From contig JADLHG010000020.1 in the NCBI GenBank assembly GCA_020848905.1, forward strand, positions 8,230-72,229: DNA of 64,000 nucleotides, read 5' to 3'. The translations under genes were made by a program, and so were the position numbers. Source of the stretch: Deltaproteobacteria bacterium. GTDB lineage: Bacteria > Myxococcota_A > Polyangia > GCA-2747355 > JADLHG01. Of this stretch, positions 8,645-18,983 are shown one piece after another; within the stretch, counting starts at the first letter, position 1; each line of letters opens with the position of its first letter. The notes under the pieces are model-generated. The model was not told where the DNA came from. It was given only the letters and a program-made list of their open reading frames with translations, and did no database searches.

Positions 8645-10144
8645 ATGCTGCGAACCCACGACGTCCCGAGGCGATCCCCGGCTGGCCTGGCGCTGCTCGG
8701 GCTGCTCTGTCTGAGCCTCACCCCCGGAACGCTGCGCGCCGCGCCCGAGCTCTCCCTCCGCACGAGCCCGACCCACGGCCTCTTCGTCTTCGTCGAGGCC
8801 CTGAGCGGCGTGCCGAACCACTCGCCGCTCTTCGCCGAGCTCTTCGCCAAGAGCCGCCACGACACGCCCGAGGCGCGCGCCCGCCTGCGCACCTATCGCG
8901 CGCTCCGGGACCGCTTCCTGCGCGGTGGCGGGCGCTACGCCGGCTACCCCGAAGAGCGCCGCGACATGGGGTGGGACGTGGCGCGCCTGGTGAAGCTGCA
9001 GAGTGCGCTGGCGCGGGACCTGCCGGACTTCGGCGGGCGCATCGCCACGCTTCTGCCGGTCGCGGAGCACCGCCAGTACCTGGAGCTCCTCGGCAGCTTC
9101 GAGCCCATCTATCGCGAGCTCGTCTGGAAGCCCAGCGAGCCGCGCCTGGCACGGTACCGGAAGGCGCTCGAGCAGCTCGCGCGGCGCATCCGCTTCCCGG
9201 AGCTCTTCGCGAAGCTCGCGCGCTTCTACGGCGCGGCCTGGCCCGAGGCGCAGCCCGTGGTCGTGGTGCTCCACCCGATCCCCGCGGCGCGAGGACGCAC
9301 GAACGCGACGATCCTCGGACCCGTGGCCAGCGTCGAGGCCTTGGTCGACGAGCGGGACCTGGTGGGCCGCTTCGGGGTGATCGTCCACGAGCTCTGCCAC
9401 GCGCTCTACCAGGCCCAGCCTCCCGAGAGACAGCGCGCGCTGCTCGGCGCCTTCCGTCGGTCGCCCTCGCCGTACGCGCCGCACGCCGCGGGGCTGCTCG
9501 ACGAGGCTCTCGCCACGGCGATCGGCAACGGCTGGGTGGAGCGCACGCTGCGCGGCACCGCGGACGAGAGCTGGTACGCCGACGAGGACATCGACCGCTT
9601 CGCCAAGCTCCTCGTCGGGCGCGTGGAGCGCTATCTGGAGGCGAAGAGGCCGCTCGACGAGGCCTTCGTGCGCGAGGCGATCGGGCGTGTGGCCGAGAAG
9701 ATGCCTGACGTGCGCGTGGCCTATCGGAGCCGCCTGAAGCGGGCCTTTCTCGCCACCGACGGCGAGACCTTCACCACCCAGGAGGGGGTGCGCCAGCTTC
9801 GCCGCGCCTTCACCGCGCAGTCGATCTTCCACAGCAGCCCGCTCGACCACGCGCAGACCGTGCAGGCCTTTCGAGAGGCGGGGCCCGAGGCGGCGGTGGT
9901 GCTCGTCGTGACGCCGCAGCGCCGCGCGCAGCTCCGGGGCCTGGCCGCCGCCGCGCCGCCGCTCGCGCGGTGGCTCAAGCAGCTCGAGGCGCAGCGCGGG
10001 TCCTTCGTCTTCGCCGCGGCCGACGAGAGGCAACGCCCCTGGGTGGTCGTCGTGGCGAGCAAGGTCGAGGAGCTCGAGCGGGCGCTGGCCGAGCTCAAGC
10101 GAGCGGGCAAGCCGGGGGCACGTCCTTGCATCACGGCGCTCTGA
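8645..10144 (+). CDS. secreted protein with an HExxH motif (putative zinc metallopeptidase-like)
   Basis: The in-frame ATG at 8645 follows the antisense overlap with nirK. Signal peptide MLRTHDVPRRSPAGLALLGLLCLSLTPGTLRA. The internal VIVHELCHALYQ plus a downstream LDEALATA gives a gluzincin-like HExxH...E arrangement. The ORF track's 732-aa version extends artefactually into nirK antisense. Confidence 0.5.
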   Translation: MLRTHDVPRRSPAGLALLGLLCLSLTPGTLRAAPELSLRTSPTHGLFVFVEALSGVPNHSPLFAELFAKSRHDTPEARARLRTYRALRDRFLRGGGRYAGYPEERRDMGWDVARLVKLQSALARDLPDFGGRIATLLPVAEHRQYLELLGSFEPIYRELVWKPSEPRLARYRKALEQLARRIRFPELFAKLARFYGAAWPEAQPVVVVLHPIPAARGRTNATILGPVASVEALVDERDLVGRFGVIVHELCHALYQAQPPERQRALLGAFRRSPSPYAPHAAGLLDEALATAIGNGWVERTLRGTADESWYADEDIDRFAKLLVGRVERYLEAKRPLDEAFVREAIGRVAEKMPDVRVAYRSRLKRAFLATDGETFTTQEGVRQLRRAFTAQSIFHSSPLDHAQTVQAFREAGPEAAVVLVVTPQRRAQLRGLAAAAPPLARWLKQLEAQRGSFVFAAADERQRPWVVVVASKVEELERALAELKRAGKPGARPCITAL

Positions 10145-10345
10145 GCGCCGGCCGAGGCCGCCCGCGCGGGGACCCACAGACGCGCCCTCGCCCCTGCGGC
10201 ATCCGTTCCAACAAGTGATGTATCTCCCCGGCTCTCGGCCAGTCTCTGTCCGTAACCTCTTGTAAATACTCCTCTGCGGGCTGGCCCAACGATTGCTGGA
10301 CGGCTCTCGCCGCGCCAGGGCGCGACGCGAGAGGAGGAGGAGAGC

Positions 10346-11677
10346 ATGAGGACCGGTCGATCGAAGGAGCGTGCGCGCTCGAATAGGTGCGGCAGTTCAC
10401 CGTGGGCGAGACGGGCTGCGTGCGTGACGGGGCTCGCGACGATGCTTGGCCTGGGGCTCGGCTGTGGCGGTCCGGACGAGGAGCTCGAGTCCGAGCGCGA
10501 GACCTCGGGGGTCAAGGCCGCGCCGTGCGTTTCAACCGACAGAGTGGTGCGGACCCCGCTCCTTTTGCGCGTGAGCCCGGCCGTCACGGGACGCGTGCTC
10601 GCAACCCTGCCCGCGAGCCAGCGCGGCACCGCGCTCGAGGAGGTCCTCCGCGGGGGAATCCGCTGGACGCACCTGCGCACCCTGGTAGGGGGCAGCGAGA
10701 AGGTCGGCTGGAGTCGCTCGGCCGGGCTTGCGTGCGCGTCGCAGCCGCCCCCGGCCCCCCTGCCGGCAGGCCCGGCCTGCCTGCGCCGTCCGCCGCTCTC
10801 GAAGATCGGCTTTCACGTCGGCCCGAACAACAACGATCAGTTCGACCCGAACGCGCGCTTCGGGCTCGGCGATTGGATGCGCGCCCTCGACGGGGCCTGC
10901 ATTCCGTTCTACCTCAAGTCCGCGGACAGCTACGGGCAGATCAACGACGGCGTGGCGCTCAAGCGCAAGAGCGGCGTCCCGCACGAGCTCGTCTTTCGCT
11001 TCAGCAACCGCGGGGACTACGAGTACGACGTTCCGCTCTACACGCTCCCGCCGCGCGATGCGGCGCGCCTGCACTGGGAGCGCACCAAGGCGATCCTGCC
11101 GCCGGAGTTCGTGGCCGGTGACCACAAGCGGGACGTCTGGCTGGAGGTGATCAACGAGGTCGACAAGAGCCACGCCACGCCCCAGAACGATTGGCTGGCG
11201 GAGTTCGCCGTGCACCTGGCCGAGCAGTCGCTCGCCGAGGGGTACAGGGTCGCCATGTTCGGCTGGTCGAGCGGCGAGCCCGAGCCGTCGAGCTGGACCA
11301 CGCCCTGGATGCGGCGCTTCCTCGCGCTCTGTGCGGCGAACCCCGAGAAGCTCGCCGTGTCGCTCCACGAGTACAGCTACAACAGCGACACGCTCTTCGC
11401 CGACTGGGGGAGCTTGCTCGGGCGCTTCCTCAAGCTCTTCGCCGCCTGCGACGCGATGGGGATCGCGCGGCCGACGGTGCACATCACCGAGTTCGGCTGG
11501 GGAGCGGGAGATTCGCCCGCCGCGACGGTTTCCCTGCCTCAGCTCGTCGAGGCCGCCGGGCGCTATGCCCCGTACCCCCAGCTGCGCGGCGCGGCGCTCT
11601 GGACCCTCGGCTGGGGCGGCTACAAGAACCTGAGCCAGGTCATGAAACCGCTCACCGAGGCGACCCTGGCGCAGTGA
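10346..11677 (+). CDS. lipoprotein with a putative glycoside-hydrolase (clan GH-A-like TIM barrel) domain
   Basis: Strong SD (GGAGGAGGAG) before ATG 10346. Lipobox LGLGLGCGG. Motifs VWLEVINEVD, LHEYSYNSD and HITEFGWGAG resemble the acid/base and nucleophile Glu motifs of clan GH-A hydrolases. Confidence 0.45.
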   Translation: MRTGRSKERARSNRCGSSPWARRAACVTGLATMLGLGLGCGGPDEELESERETSGVKAAPCVSTDRVVRTPLLLRVSPAVTGRVLATLPASQRGTALEEVLRGGIRWTHLRTLVGGSEKVGWSRSAGLACASQPPPAPLPAGPACLRRPPLSKIGFHVGPNNNDQFDPNARFGLGDWMRALDGACIPFYLKSADSYGQINDGVALKRKSGVPHELVFRFSNRGDYEYDVPLYTLPPRDAARLHWERTKAILPPEFVAGDHKRDVWLEVINEVDKSHATPQNDWLAEFAVHLAEQSLAEGYRVAMFGWSSGEPEPSSWTTPWMRRFLALCAANPEKLAVSLHEYSYNSDTLFADWGSLLGRFLKLFAACDAMGIARPTVHITEFGWGAGDSPAATVSLPQLVEAAGRYAPYPQLRGAALWTLGWGGYKNLSQVMKPLTEATLAQ

Positions 11678-11778
11678 GGCGCGGCCGTCCGGCACGTTCC
11701 CGCCTTCCCGCCTTCCCGCCCCGCCCCCGGCTCTGGTCCCCGCCCGTGCTACGCTGCCTGCCTTCTGCGGAGGAGCTG

Positions 11779-13314
11779 ATGCGTCGGACCAACGTTGCTG
11801 AGTGGTCGTTTGCCCTTTTAGGAAGCCTGGTGCTGAGCGTGCTCGCGGGCTGCAAAGCGTCCAAGGCGGGTCCCAGCCTCGGCCAGCTCGGCTCGCTGCA
11901 AGAGCCAGCCATGTACACGCAGCTCGGGCGACTGGCGTTCCCCCACCAGATCCGGCCCGCGGTGCGCGCGGTGGTGCCTGCGCTCGAGGGGCTCGACGAG
12001 TCGACGCTGCTCGCGCCCTTCGAGCTCGAGCCCACCTCCGAGGACGACATGCTGCTCGTCGTCGCCGCGCAGGGGCTCGAGCGGGCCGGCTCGCCGGCCG
12101 CCGTGGCGCGGCTCGAGACCTGGCTCGACGCGCAGCTCCTGGCGCCGACCTGGTGGAGCCAGCACGCCGTGACGCATACGCTCCGCGTGCTGACGGGCAA
12201 GCCCACCAATGCTCGCTACTACACCTACGGCATCGACGAGATGCTGCAGGTGCTGCCGACGCGCACGAGCTCCTCGACGAAGCGCACCGCTGCGCTCGTG
12301 GCCTGCCAGAAGGCCGGGAGCGACACGCTGCGCACGGTCACCTTCAGCGGTACCGATGCGCGCAGCGGCCAGCCAGCCCGGGTGGAGCTGTCGATCCGGC
12401 AGCCGGCCCGCGACTTCGACCTCACGCGCGCCGCCGTGGTGGACGCCGTCGCGCGGTACGAGCGCGGCGACGAGGAGAACTGGGGGGGCCCCGACGGCTA
12501 CGCGCCGATCACGCCGGCGGGTTGGCCCGCGGGCATGTCGCGTTTGAGCAACTGCGCGGGCACGGTGCTGCGCTGGATCTTGATGAAGCATCCGGGGCTG
12601 CCGTCGCACGAATCTCTCGACCCGTTCACCGCCACGGCGAGCGACGTGGACAAGCTCTGCCAGACCTTCAGCGCGGGCTCGGGCACGGCCGCCGAGGCCG
12701 AAGTGGGCACGATCATCATTCATCGCGCGAGCAAGGAGGCCGCCGACCACGTGGAGGTGGTCGTGGAGGTGCGCGCCGCGACGCGCGAGCTCGTCGTGTG
12801 GGGCAAGGACAACTTCGGCAAGCTGCGCGAGCACGTCGTGCGCATGGACGACCCGTATCCGGCGAGCGATCCCGCGAGACGCGTGCACAGCTACGCGCAG
12901 GACTACTGCAAGCTCAAGAACATCACCAAGGTCGAGGACCCCGACGTGTGTCACGCCCCGACGGCGGACGGCGGTGGGGCGGCGCGTGATGGCGGCGTGC
13001 GCGACGCTGCGCCGCCGCGCCGCGACGCGGCCCAGTGCCCGACGTACAAGCCCACCGTCGGAATGTGCGCCGGGCAAGGCGGCTGTCCCGCAGGCGGTGC
13101 GCCGTGTCCGTGCGGGCCGGGCGGGGAATTCTGCTGTGTGGAGGGCTTCTGCTGGGACCGCGGGCCCGTGGCGTGCAAGCAGGCCACCTGCCCGGCGCGC
13201 GCCGGCCGAACGTACACCGGCGATTGCTGCTGCAACTGCTGGGACGACCAGACCTACGTCAACGTCTACGACCCCTGTCGGCCGGGCTATCTGCTCCGCT
13301 GCGATCCTAAGTAG
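11779..13314 (+). CDS. lipoprotein with a C-terminal cysteine-rich domain
   Basis: The in-frame ATG at 11779 follows the previous gene's stop. Lipobox SVLAGC. The C-terminal roughly 100 aa is extremely Cys-rich (CPTYKPTVGMCAGQGGCPAGGAPCPCGPGGEFCCVEGFCWDRGPVACKQATCPA...CCCNCWDD...). The track's 707-aa ORF over-extends upstream. Confidence 0.55.
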   Translation: MRRTNVAEWSFALLGSLVLSVLAGCKASKAGPSLGQLGSLQEPAMYTQLGRLAFPHQIRPAVRAVVPALEGLDESTLLAPFELEPTSEDDMLLVVAAQGLERAGSPAAVARLETWLDAQLLAPTWWSQHAVTHTLRVLTGKPTNARYYTYGIDEMLQVLPTRTSSSTKRTAALVACQKAGSDTLRTVTFSGTDARSGQPARVELSIRQPARDFDLTRAAVVDAVARYERGDEENWGGPDGYAPITPAGWPAGMSRLSNCAGTVLRWILMKHPGLPSHESLDPFTATASDVDKLCQTFSAGSGTAAEAEVGTIIIHRASKEAADHVEVVVEVRAATRELVVWGKDNFGKLREHVVRMDDPYPASDPARRVHSYAQDYCKLKNITKVEDPDVCHAPTADGGGAARDGGVRDAAPPRRDAAQCPTYKPTVGMCAGQGGCPAGGAPCPCGPGGEFCCVEGFCWDRGPVACKQATCPARAGRTYTGDCCCNCWDDQTYVNVYDPCRPGYLLRCDPK

Positions 13315-13322
13315 CGCTCTGA

Positions 13323-14819
13323 CTAGCGCCCCTGCAGGGCCTTCAGCAGCGCCAGCATCGTCAGCGGGTTCTTCTCGAAGGCGGCCTTGAGCGTGGCTTC
13401 GCTCTCGAACACAGCCAGGCCGAGCTTCTCCGGGTTACGCTCGGGGTGGGTCCCCGTGATGTTGGTGGCGTGGCCCAGAACCCATCCGTAGAGGTCGAGC
13501 GCCCGCGCGACGGTCAGATTGGTGCCGACCTGCATCCGGCCGGTGGTCCAGGCCGTGTTCTCGTTGATCCCATAGCCGTAGGCCTCGATCGTCAGCTTGG
13601 GCATCCGGGCCAGAACCTGCGGGTCGATAGTGCGCTCCAGAATCCCCCACGCCGTGTCGAGCGTCTCCTTGAGGCCGGCCAGGCCCTCGCCGCGGGACTT
13701 GACCGTGAGGTACGTCGAAGGACGTGCCCGCGTCGGCTGCTCCGGAGCACGCCGCGCCAGGGTCTGGCGCGCGACGGCCTGCGCTACTTCGGGCCGCCGG
13801 AGCTCCGCCGCGACGTAGCTTCGGAGGACCCGGGCGACGCCCGAGTGATCCGCGACGATCGAGGCCTCGAGGAGCGACGCGGTTCGCATGAGGAAGGCGA
13901 GCTGTCGGGCAGGCGTCGGCTCCTTGGCGGCCTCGCGGAAGATGGGCAGGGCGCGCTGCATGTTCAGCTCGTTCTCCCGGGCGCGCGAGTAGCCGGCGTT
14001 GTTCATGGTGACCAGCAGCCCGAACATGGTGCTGGAGACCTGTCGCTCCTTCGCGACCAGGGATTCGATGATCTTGTCCGACTCCTTGGGACCGGAGAGA
14101 TCGGGGATCACGAGCTGGCTGATCGGGAGCGGGTCGAAGTCCTTCGCGGGGGTCGCGGGCGAACGCAGCAGGGCGCGCGTGGCCTCCAGGGCGTGGCCGA
14201 CCACGTCGTGGGGCTCGACCCCGCCCTTGTACGCCGCGACGAGCTTCTCGAGCAGAGCCTTCCTACGGCTGGCGACCGTCGTCGGGCGGAGGGCCGCGCC
14301 GAGGACTTCCCGCGGGCGGCTGTCCTCGGGGAACACGCGCCGCACGAGCGACAGCAGGGCGTCCACCAGGGAAAAGGACTTCGACGGGGGCTTCAGAGCG
14401 GGAGTGCCGGAAAACGCCGGGTTTCCGGCCCGCGCGTGCTCTTCCGCGCGGGAGAGCCGGACATACGCCCCCTGGCTCGGGGCTGCGGTGTGAGAGGCCT
14501 GCACGTTGTCGAGCAGACGCTGCCCGAGCCGCGTGCGGCCCTTAGCGTCGTAGGGCTCCTCGAGCTCCTTGCGGAAGAGCTCCACTACCTTTGCGTCCGG
14601 TTCCGGCACGTGGACGCCGAGGCGCAGTGCCTGGAGTTGCTGCGCCTGCGCGCGCGTGATGTTGAGCGTGCGCGCGATGGTCACCGACTCGGACTCCGCG
14701 CGCGGTTTCGGCTGGACGCGAATGTGATCGCTGCCGCGGCGCTCGGCCAGGGCGGGAACGCTCGCGAGGCAGGCCGCGGTGACCACCAGGATCGATAGTT
14801 TTCGGGTCGTTCGTCTCAT
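13323..14819 (-). CDS. hypothetical secreted protein
   Basis: Signal peptide MRRTTRKLSILVVTAACLASVPALA at the second in-frame Met. No clear family. Confidence 0.5.
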   Translation of the reverse strand: MRRTTRKLSILVVTAACLASVPALAERRGSDHIRVQPKPRAESESVTIARTLNITRAQAQQLQALRLGVHVPEPDAKVVELFRKELEEPYDAKGRTRLGQRLLDNVQASHTAAPSQGAYVRLSRAEEHARAGNPAFSGTPALKPPSKSFSLVDALLSLVRRVFPEDSRPREVLGAALRPTTVASRRKALLEKLVAAYKGGVEPHDVVGHALEATRALLRSPATPAKDFDPLPISQLVIPDLSGPKESDKIIESLVAKERQVSSTMFGLLVTMNNAGYSRARENELNMQRALPIFREAAKEPTPARQLAFLMRTASLLEASIVADHSGVARVLRSYVAAELRRPEVAQAVARQTLARRAPEQPTRARPSTYLTVKSRGEGLAGLKETLDTAWGILERTIDPQVLARMPKLTIEAYGYGINENTAWTTGRMQVGTNLTVARALDLYGWVLGHATNITGTHPERNPEKLGLAVFESEATLKAAFEKNPLTMLALLKALQGR

Positions 14820-14840
14820 GGCCAACGCCTGATGCAAGCG

Positions 14841-14880
14841 CAAGACCAATAGATATAATAGATATTACAGGATGTTAGGC
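14841..14880. promoter_or_regulatory. AT-rich island (TAGATATAATAGATATTAC) in an otherwise 70% GC intergenic region
   Basis: Marked local GC drop with a TATAAT hexamer at 14854..14859. It lies between the divergent gene starts at 14819 (-) and 15122 (+). Confidence 0.25.
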
Positions 14881-15121
14881 GCGTGAGGGGCTGGCCGCCG
14901 GGCTAGCCGGCCGGGGAAGAAATGGATCGCGCTGATGCCATGCGTCGGCGTGGACTCCAGAGCCCCCACGGTGCGAGCCGGTCGCGCGCCGCGCTCCAAT
15001 ATATGAAGGCTCCGTCGGCGAGGCTCCGGCTCCGAGTCCAACAACCGTTGCAATATCGAAGCTATCTTCTGGATATTCGTTGCTTCGCGCGGGGCACGGA
15101 TCCTGCGTCGCTCAGTCCTCC

Positions 15122-15940
15122 ATGCGTGTGCGTGCCGTCTCCGTCCTGGCCTTCGCAGCCCTGATCCTCCAGTCCGGCGTCGCGCCGGCGAACCCCACCC
15201 TTCAGACCCGCGCGGCCACGCAATTCCTGGCCGGCGCCCCCCGCGAGGTCCGGCGCCTGCTCTGCAGCGACCCGGGGAGCCGTCCCGCCCTCGTCGCGCT
15301 CGGCGAGGTGCTCGAGCGCAACACCGTCTCGCGGCAGCTCCTCTTCGGGGCGGTCTCGAACATCCACAACCTTCCGTTCATCGTGCCGGCGCTCAAGGCC
15401 CTGCCGATCGTCGACCGCATCGAAGGGGTCGGCTTCGTGCTGGAGCGCCTCGCCTCCTCGGGTGGGGCGAGCGCGAGCTCGGGCCCGGCGTTCGAGCTCG
15501 TGGCGGGCGCCGCGCTCTCGCGGTGGGCCACCCGCCCCGAGCAGCGCCTCGTGGGCATCGGTACGACGGTGGGCGGCCACGAGCTGGATGGCCTCCTCAG
15601 CGACGGGACGCGGGTGGAGATGAAGCACGTGACTCCCGGCGCCGACCCTGCCGTGGGCGCCATCCGGCTGCGGCGCACCCTCGAGCGCGCGCAGGTCCAG
15701 CTCCAGCGGCGCTGCGAGCGGGGCCAGCCGGCGATGCTCGTGCTACCCGAGCTGCCCGGCGACGCTACGGGAGCCTTTGCCGCGCTGGCGCACGCGCTGC
15801 GCGGTCCGCTGACGGTCATGGCCGTGGACGTGGAGCGCTGCACGGCGAGGCAGGTCTTTCCCGCCCTGCGCCCGGCGCGGGACGCGGGCGAGCGCGCGCG
15901 GCTTCAGGCCCAGCCGCAGCCCGCCTTCGCCGCGCCGTAG
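15122..15940 (+). CDS. hypothetical secreted protein
   Basis: Signal peptide MRVRAVSVLAFAALILQSGVAPA at ATG 15122. The longer TTG-initiated version in the ORF track is unlikely. Confidence 0.5.
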   Translation: MRVRAVSVLAFAALILQSGVAPANPTLQTRAATQFLAGAPREVRRLLCSDPGSRPALVALGEVLERNTVSRQLLFGAVSNIHNLPFIVPALKALPIVDRIEGVGFVLERLASSGGASASSGPAFELVAGAALSRWATRPEQRLVGIGTTVGGHELDGLLSDGTRVEMKHVTPGADPAVGAIRLRRTLERAQVQLQRRCERGQPAMLVLPELPGDATGAFAALAHALRGPLTVMAVDVERCTARQVFPALRPARDAGERARLQAQPQPAFAAP

Positions 15941-15963
15941 CCGACCTCCCTGAGTGGGCCCGC

Positions 15964-17292
15964 CTACCTGAGCGAGCCGCAGTCCGCGAGGTGGAAGAAC
16001 AGGTATTCGAGGATGCGCTCCTGCGGCACGAAGGGGGCGCTCGGCGACGAGTTGTACGGGACCGTGTGGTACGAGTTGTAGACCACCCGGCCGCACTTCT
16101 TGCCGCCGCCGAGGTCCGCGTCGAAGCTCACCGAGAGCGGCCGCGCGCCCGAGCCGCCCTTGAAGGACACGTTGCCTTCCACCCAGACCTTGGTCCCCGC
16201 GGCGGCGCCGTGCATCACGGCCCAGTTGCTGAGCCACCCGGTGATCGGGATCGTGCCGTCCGGCCGCAGCGTGTTCGGGAACTGACTGAGCCAGCGCTTC
16301 AGGTCGGGGTCGGGGATGTTGGCCGCGAGCGAGGCCGCGTACTCCCCCCGCTCGGCCGCGTTCGCCGGGCCCTGGGGCGTCCCTCCGGTGGCCGCCGCCG
16401 CCCCGGTCTCGAAGTCCACCGCCAGCGGGAAGCTCCACTCCACCACCTCGTAGGCCATGTCATCCACGAAGAGGCGTCCTCCGCTGCGCACGAAGGCCTC
16501 CAGGTTCTTGCCCCAGGTGCCGCTCTGGAGCGAGCCCTCGTAGCCGTTGCGGCAGTTGAAGAGCACGATGTTGTACTCCGCCAGCTTGGCCGGGTCGGAG
16601 AGGATCGCGCTCACCTTGGGCATCGCCGTGCCGCCGCTCGAGCTCCCTTCCTTGCCGTCGAAGAGATCGAACTCCTCGATACCGATCTTGCTCAGCACGT
16701 CCTGCATGCGGTCCACGATCCCCGTCGCCACCGCGATGCGCGGCAGGTCTCCCTCGGCACGCTTGCGCGGTAGCCGCGTGGCCTCGGGGGGCACCACCGT
16801 GTCCTTGCCGCAGCTCGCGGTCACGGTGGCGATGCGCCGGAAGTAGCCGTGCTGCACGACGAGCTTGATCTCACCCACCGGCGTCTGGCGCAGCGTGAAG
16901 CGCCCCTCCGCGTCCGTGCGCGCCACCGCCCACACGCCGGACGACGGCGTCTTGCAGAGCTCGCACTGGTTACCCTTGCCGAGGGCCTGCGGCTCGCCGT
17001 GCGGGACGTACACGAGCGCGCCCGCGACGGGATCCTGGCCGTTGGGGGCGAGCACGCGCCCCGAGAGCGCAGGCAGCGTTTGGTTCGCCGGGCACGGGTT
17101 CGGAATGCCGCTGTCCAGGTGGCCGAGATCCGCAAAGGGACTCGGCCCACCGTCGCTCGCGTTGCCACCGCCACCATCCCCCTGCGCCACGCTCGCGTCG
17201 CTATCGTTCCACTGCGACGGCCCGTTCGAGCAGCTCGCGAGGCTGCCGATTCCGAGGGCGAACGCCAGAGCACGACTGCGTGTCACGTGCAC
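15964..17292 (-). CDS. lipoprotein with a carboxypeptidase-regulatory-like (CarbopepD_reg) beta-sandwich domain
   Basis: A GTG start at 17292 is preceded by AAGGAGG with 6-nt spacing. Lipobox LGIGSLASC. The GRVLAPNGQDPVAGALVYV...TDAEGRFTL pattern is typical of the CarbopepD_reg fold. Confidence 0.5.
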   Translation of the reverse strand: MHVTRSRALAFALGIGSLASCSNGPSQWNDSDASVAQGDGGGGNASDGGPSPFADLGHLDSGIPNPCPANQTLPALSGRVLAPNGQDPVAGALVYVPHGEPQALGKGNQCELCKTPSSGVWAVARTDAEGRFTLRQTPVGEIKLVVQHGYFRRIATVTASCGKDTVVPPEATRLPRKRAEGDLPRIAVATGIVDRMQDVLSKIGIEEFDLFDGKEGSSSGGTAMPKVSAILSDPAKLAEYNIVLFNCRNGYEGSLQSGTWGKNLEAFVRSGGRLFVDDMAYEVVEWSFPLAVDFETGAAAATGGTPQGPANAAERGEYAASLAANIPDPDLKRWLSQFPNTLRPDGTIPITGWLSNWAVMHGAAAGTKVWVEGNVSFKGGSGARPLSVSFDADLGGGKKCGRVVYNSYHTVPYNSSPSAPFVPQERILEYLFFHLADCGSLR

Positions 17293-17503
17293 TACGCACC
17301 TCCTTGCATGTGGGGTTGACAACGAGCGCACTATACGAAACGCGCTTCGAACCTCACAAGACACATTCGCGCGGATGGGGCGTTTGCGTGCGCTTTACGC
17401 GGCGCGATGGGGGTTTTGTCTCCGAGTCGGAGCTCTCGATCGGGGGGTTTACTCCCAGGCTCGTCGGACGCGAGGTGTGCGGTGCGCGAGCGCGCGCCGT
17501 CGG

Positions 17504-18286
17504 TCAGAGGCCGAAGACGGCCCGCAGCGCGGGAGCGATCTCGAGCGTCGCCTTCTCGTTGATCACGGGGAGGGCCATGCCCGTGCGCTCGCCCCGCCCG
17601 TGGTCCTGGTCCTGATCGCCGAGGCCCATGAAGCCGCCGAAGGCCTCGAGCGGGGCCGTCGGTACGGTGGTCAGCGCGCGCGTGGGCTTGACGTACCACT
17701 GCGGCGTGTGCCCGTCGAGCAGCGCCGCGGTGAGCGTCTCGAGGGTCGCGGGGTCGACGATGGTCGAGGTGCCCCGCCGGGTGTTCTTGGACGTGCTGCG
17801 CGTGAATCGGCCCTGGCCCAGGTTCTCGCCCTGCCGCGCGCGGCCGAAGAAGAAGGCCGTCGCGTTCTCGCCGAGGCCGCGCTGCACGCGCATCGCGCCG
17901 TAGCTGTTCTGCCCGTTTCCGCCGGCGCGCTGTGTGCGGTCGAGGATCACCGTGCTGGCCCCCTGCCCCGCGACGAGGCGGAGCTGCGGGCCGGTCAGGT
18001 AGTCCTGGGCCGAGAAGACCCGCAGCCCCTCGACGCCGGCGCGCGCGACCTCCTTGGCCACGGCCAGCGGCACGGTGAGGCTGAGCAGCTGATAGGAGCC
18101 TTCCTTGGCCATGCGCGCCGAGGCCCCGGAGCCGGTGTACACGAGGCCCCCGTAGTAGCCGTCGCGGATCTCGATCTTGACGGCCTTCTTCCCCGCGGGC
18201 GTCATCGTGACCACGGGCGCCGCGAAGGCACCGCTCGAGGCCAGCAGACAGAGCAGCGAAGACCCGAACCCGACACGCAGACGCAT
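17504..18286 (-). CDS. hypothetical secreted protein
   Basis: Signal peptide MRLRVGFGSSLLCLLASSGAFAAP. The 330-aa track ORF includes an N-terminal artefactual extension. Confidence 0.5.
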   Translation of the reverse strand: MRLRVGFGSSLLCLLASSGAFAAPVVTMTPAGKKAVKIEIRDGYYGGLVYTGSGASARMAKEGSYQLLSLTVPLAVAKEVARAGVEGLRVFSAQDYLTGPQLRLVAGQGASTVILDRTQRAGGNGQNSYGAMRVQRGLGENATAFFFGRARQGENLGQGRFTRSTSKNTRRGTSTIVDPATLETLTAALLDGHTPQWYVKPTRALTTVPTAPLEAFGGFMGLGDQDQDHGRGERTGMALPVINEKATLEIAPALRAVFGL

Positions 18287-18447
18287 GGCTTTCGCCTCCA
18301 TCGTGGAATGCAGGCGCGCTGAACTGCAATCGGCGTTCCACGAAGTCTTGTTGCAGTCGCAGGGACTTGGGTGCGTCGGAGGCTGGCGGCAGGCGGAGCC
18401 AGGTGCCGACACGTTCCAGCCGCGTCGGCGGGGAGGCGAGGAGGGCG

Positions 18448-18957
18448 CTACTTCTTCTTGGGGCAGGGGTGGCGACGCGCGGACTCCTGCTCGCACGCGG
18501 CGGACGCGTCGAAATCAGTCCGCACGCCCGTGTCCCAGTCGCAGTCCGACTTCGGGCAGACGAGGTCCGTCGTGACGAGCTCCTCCACGTCGGCGCAGCC
18601 GTTTCGGTTCGTGTCGCGGAAGCTGACCGTGCAGGTGGCAACGTGATTCGTCCAGGGGTGCGGGAAGGTGTCGCTGATCTTCGGCGCCCCGATCCCGAGC
18701 CAGCCAAGCCAGGCGAGGGGGTTGAAGCCCTGCGTGCTGCGCTCGCCGACCACGCCGCCCTTGGCGACGTAGGAGCGGCAGAGGGCGAGGGCCTCTCGAT
18801 TGTCGACGCTCGGGTCCGCGGTGCGAACCTGCGAGGCGCAGCTCTCGATGCTGCCCGGATTCGGGTCGCCTCCCTCGTCACCGCAGGCCGCGAGGGTCGA
18901 CGCCATGCCGGCGAGGAGGCAGACCGCGATGAAAGATACAGATCGGCTGACGCGCAT
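18448..18957 (-). CDS. small Cys-containing lipoprotein, tandem paralog 1
   Basis: Lipobox LAACG. It shares GDPNPGSIESCASQVRTADPSV...LCRSYVAKGGVxGERSxQGFNPxAWLGWLGIG and a C-terminal ...KK with the next gene. A near-identical nucleotide block (gcgcagctctcgatgctgcccggattcgggtc) occurs in both. Confidence 0.6.
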   Translation of the reverse strand: MRVSRSVSFIAVCLLAGMASTLAACGDEGGDPNPGSIESCASQVRTADPSVDNREALALCRSYVAKGGVVGERSTQGFNPLAWLGWLGIGAPKISDTFPHPWTNHVATCTVSFRDTNRNGCADVEELVTTDLVCPKSDCDWDTGVRTDFDASAACEQESARRHPCPKKK

Positions 18958-18983
18958 CGTGGACTCCGTGGGTGCGTGGGGCG

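Noticed and set aside
7946-10144. 732-aa version of the HExxH secreted protein
   Set aside because: The first roughly 230 codons are antisense to nirK. The signal-peptide-bearing Met at 8645 is the plausible start.
11191-13314. 707-aa ORF extending the Cys-rich lipoprotein upstream
   Set aside because: The upstream part overlaps the glycoside-hydrolase-like gene in another frame. The lipobox-bearing Met at 11779 follows that gene's stop.
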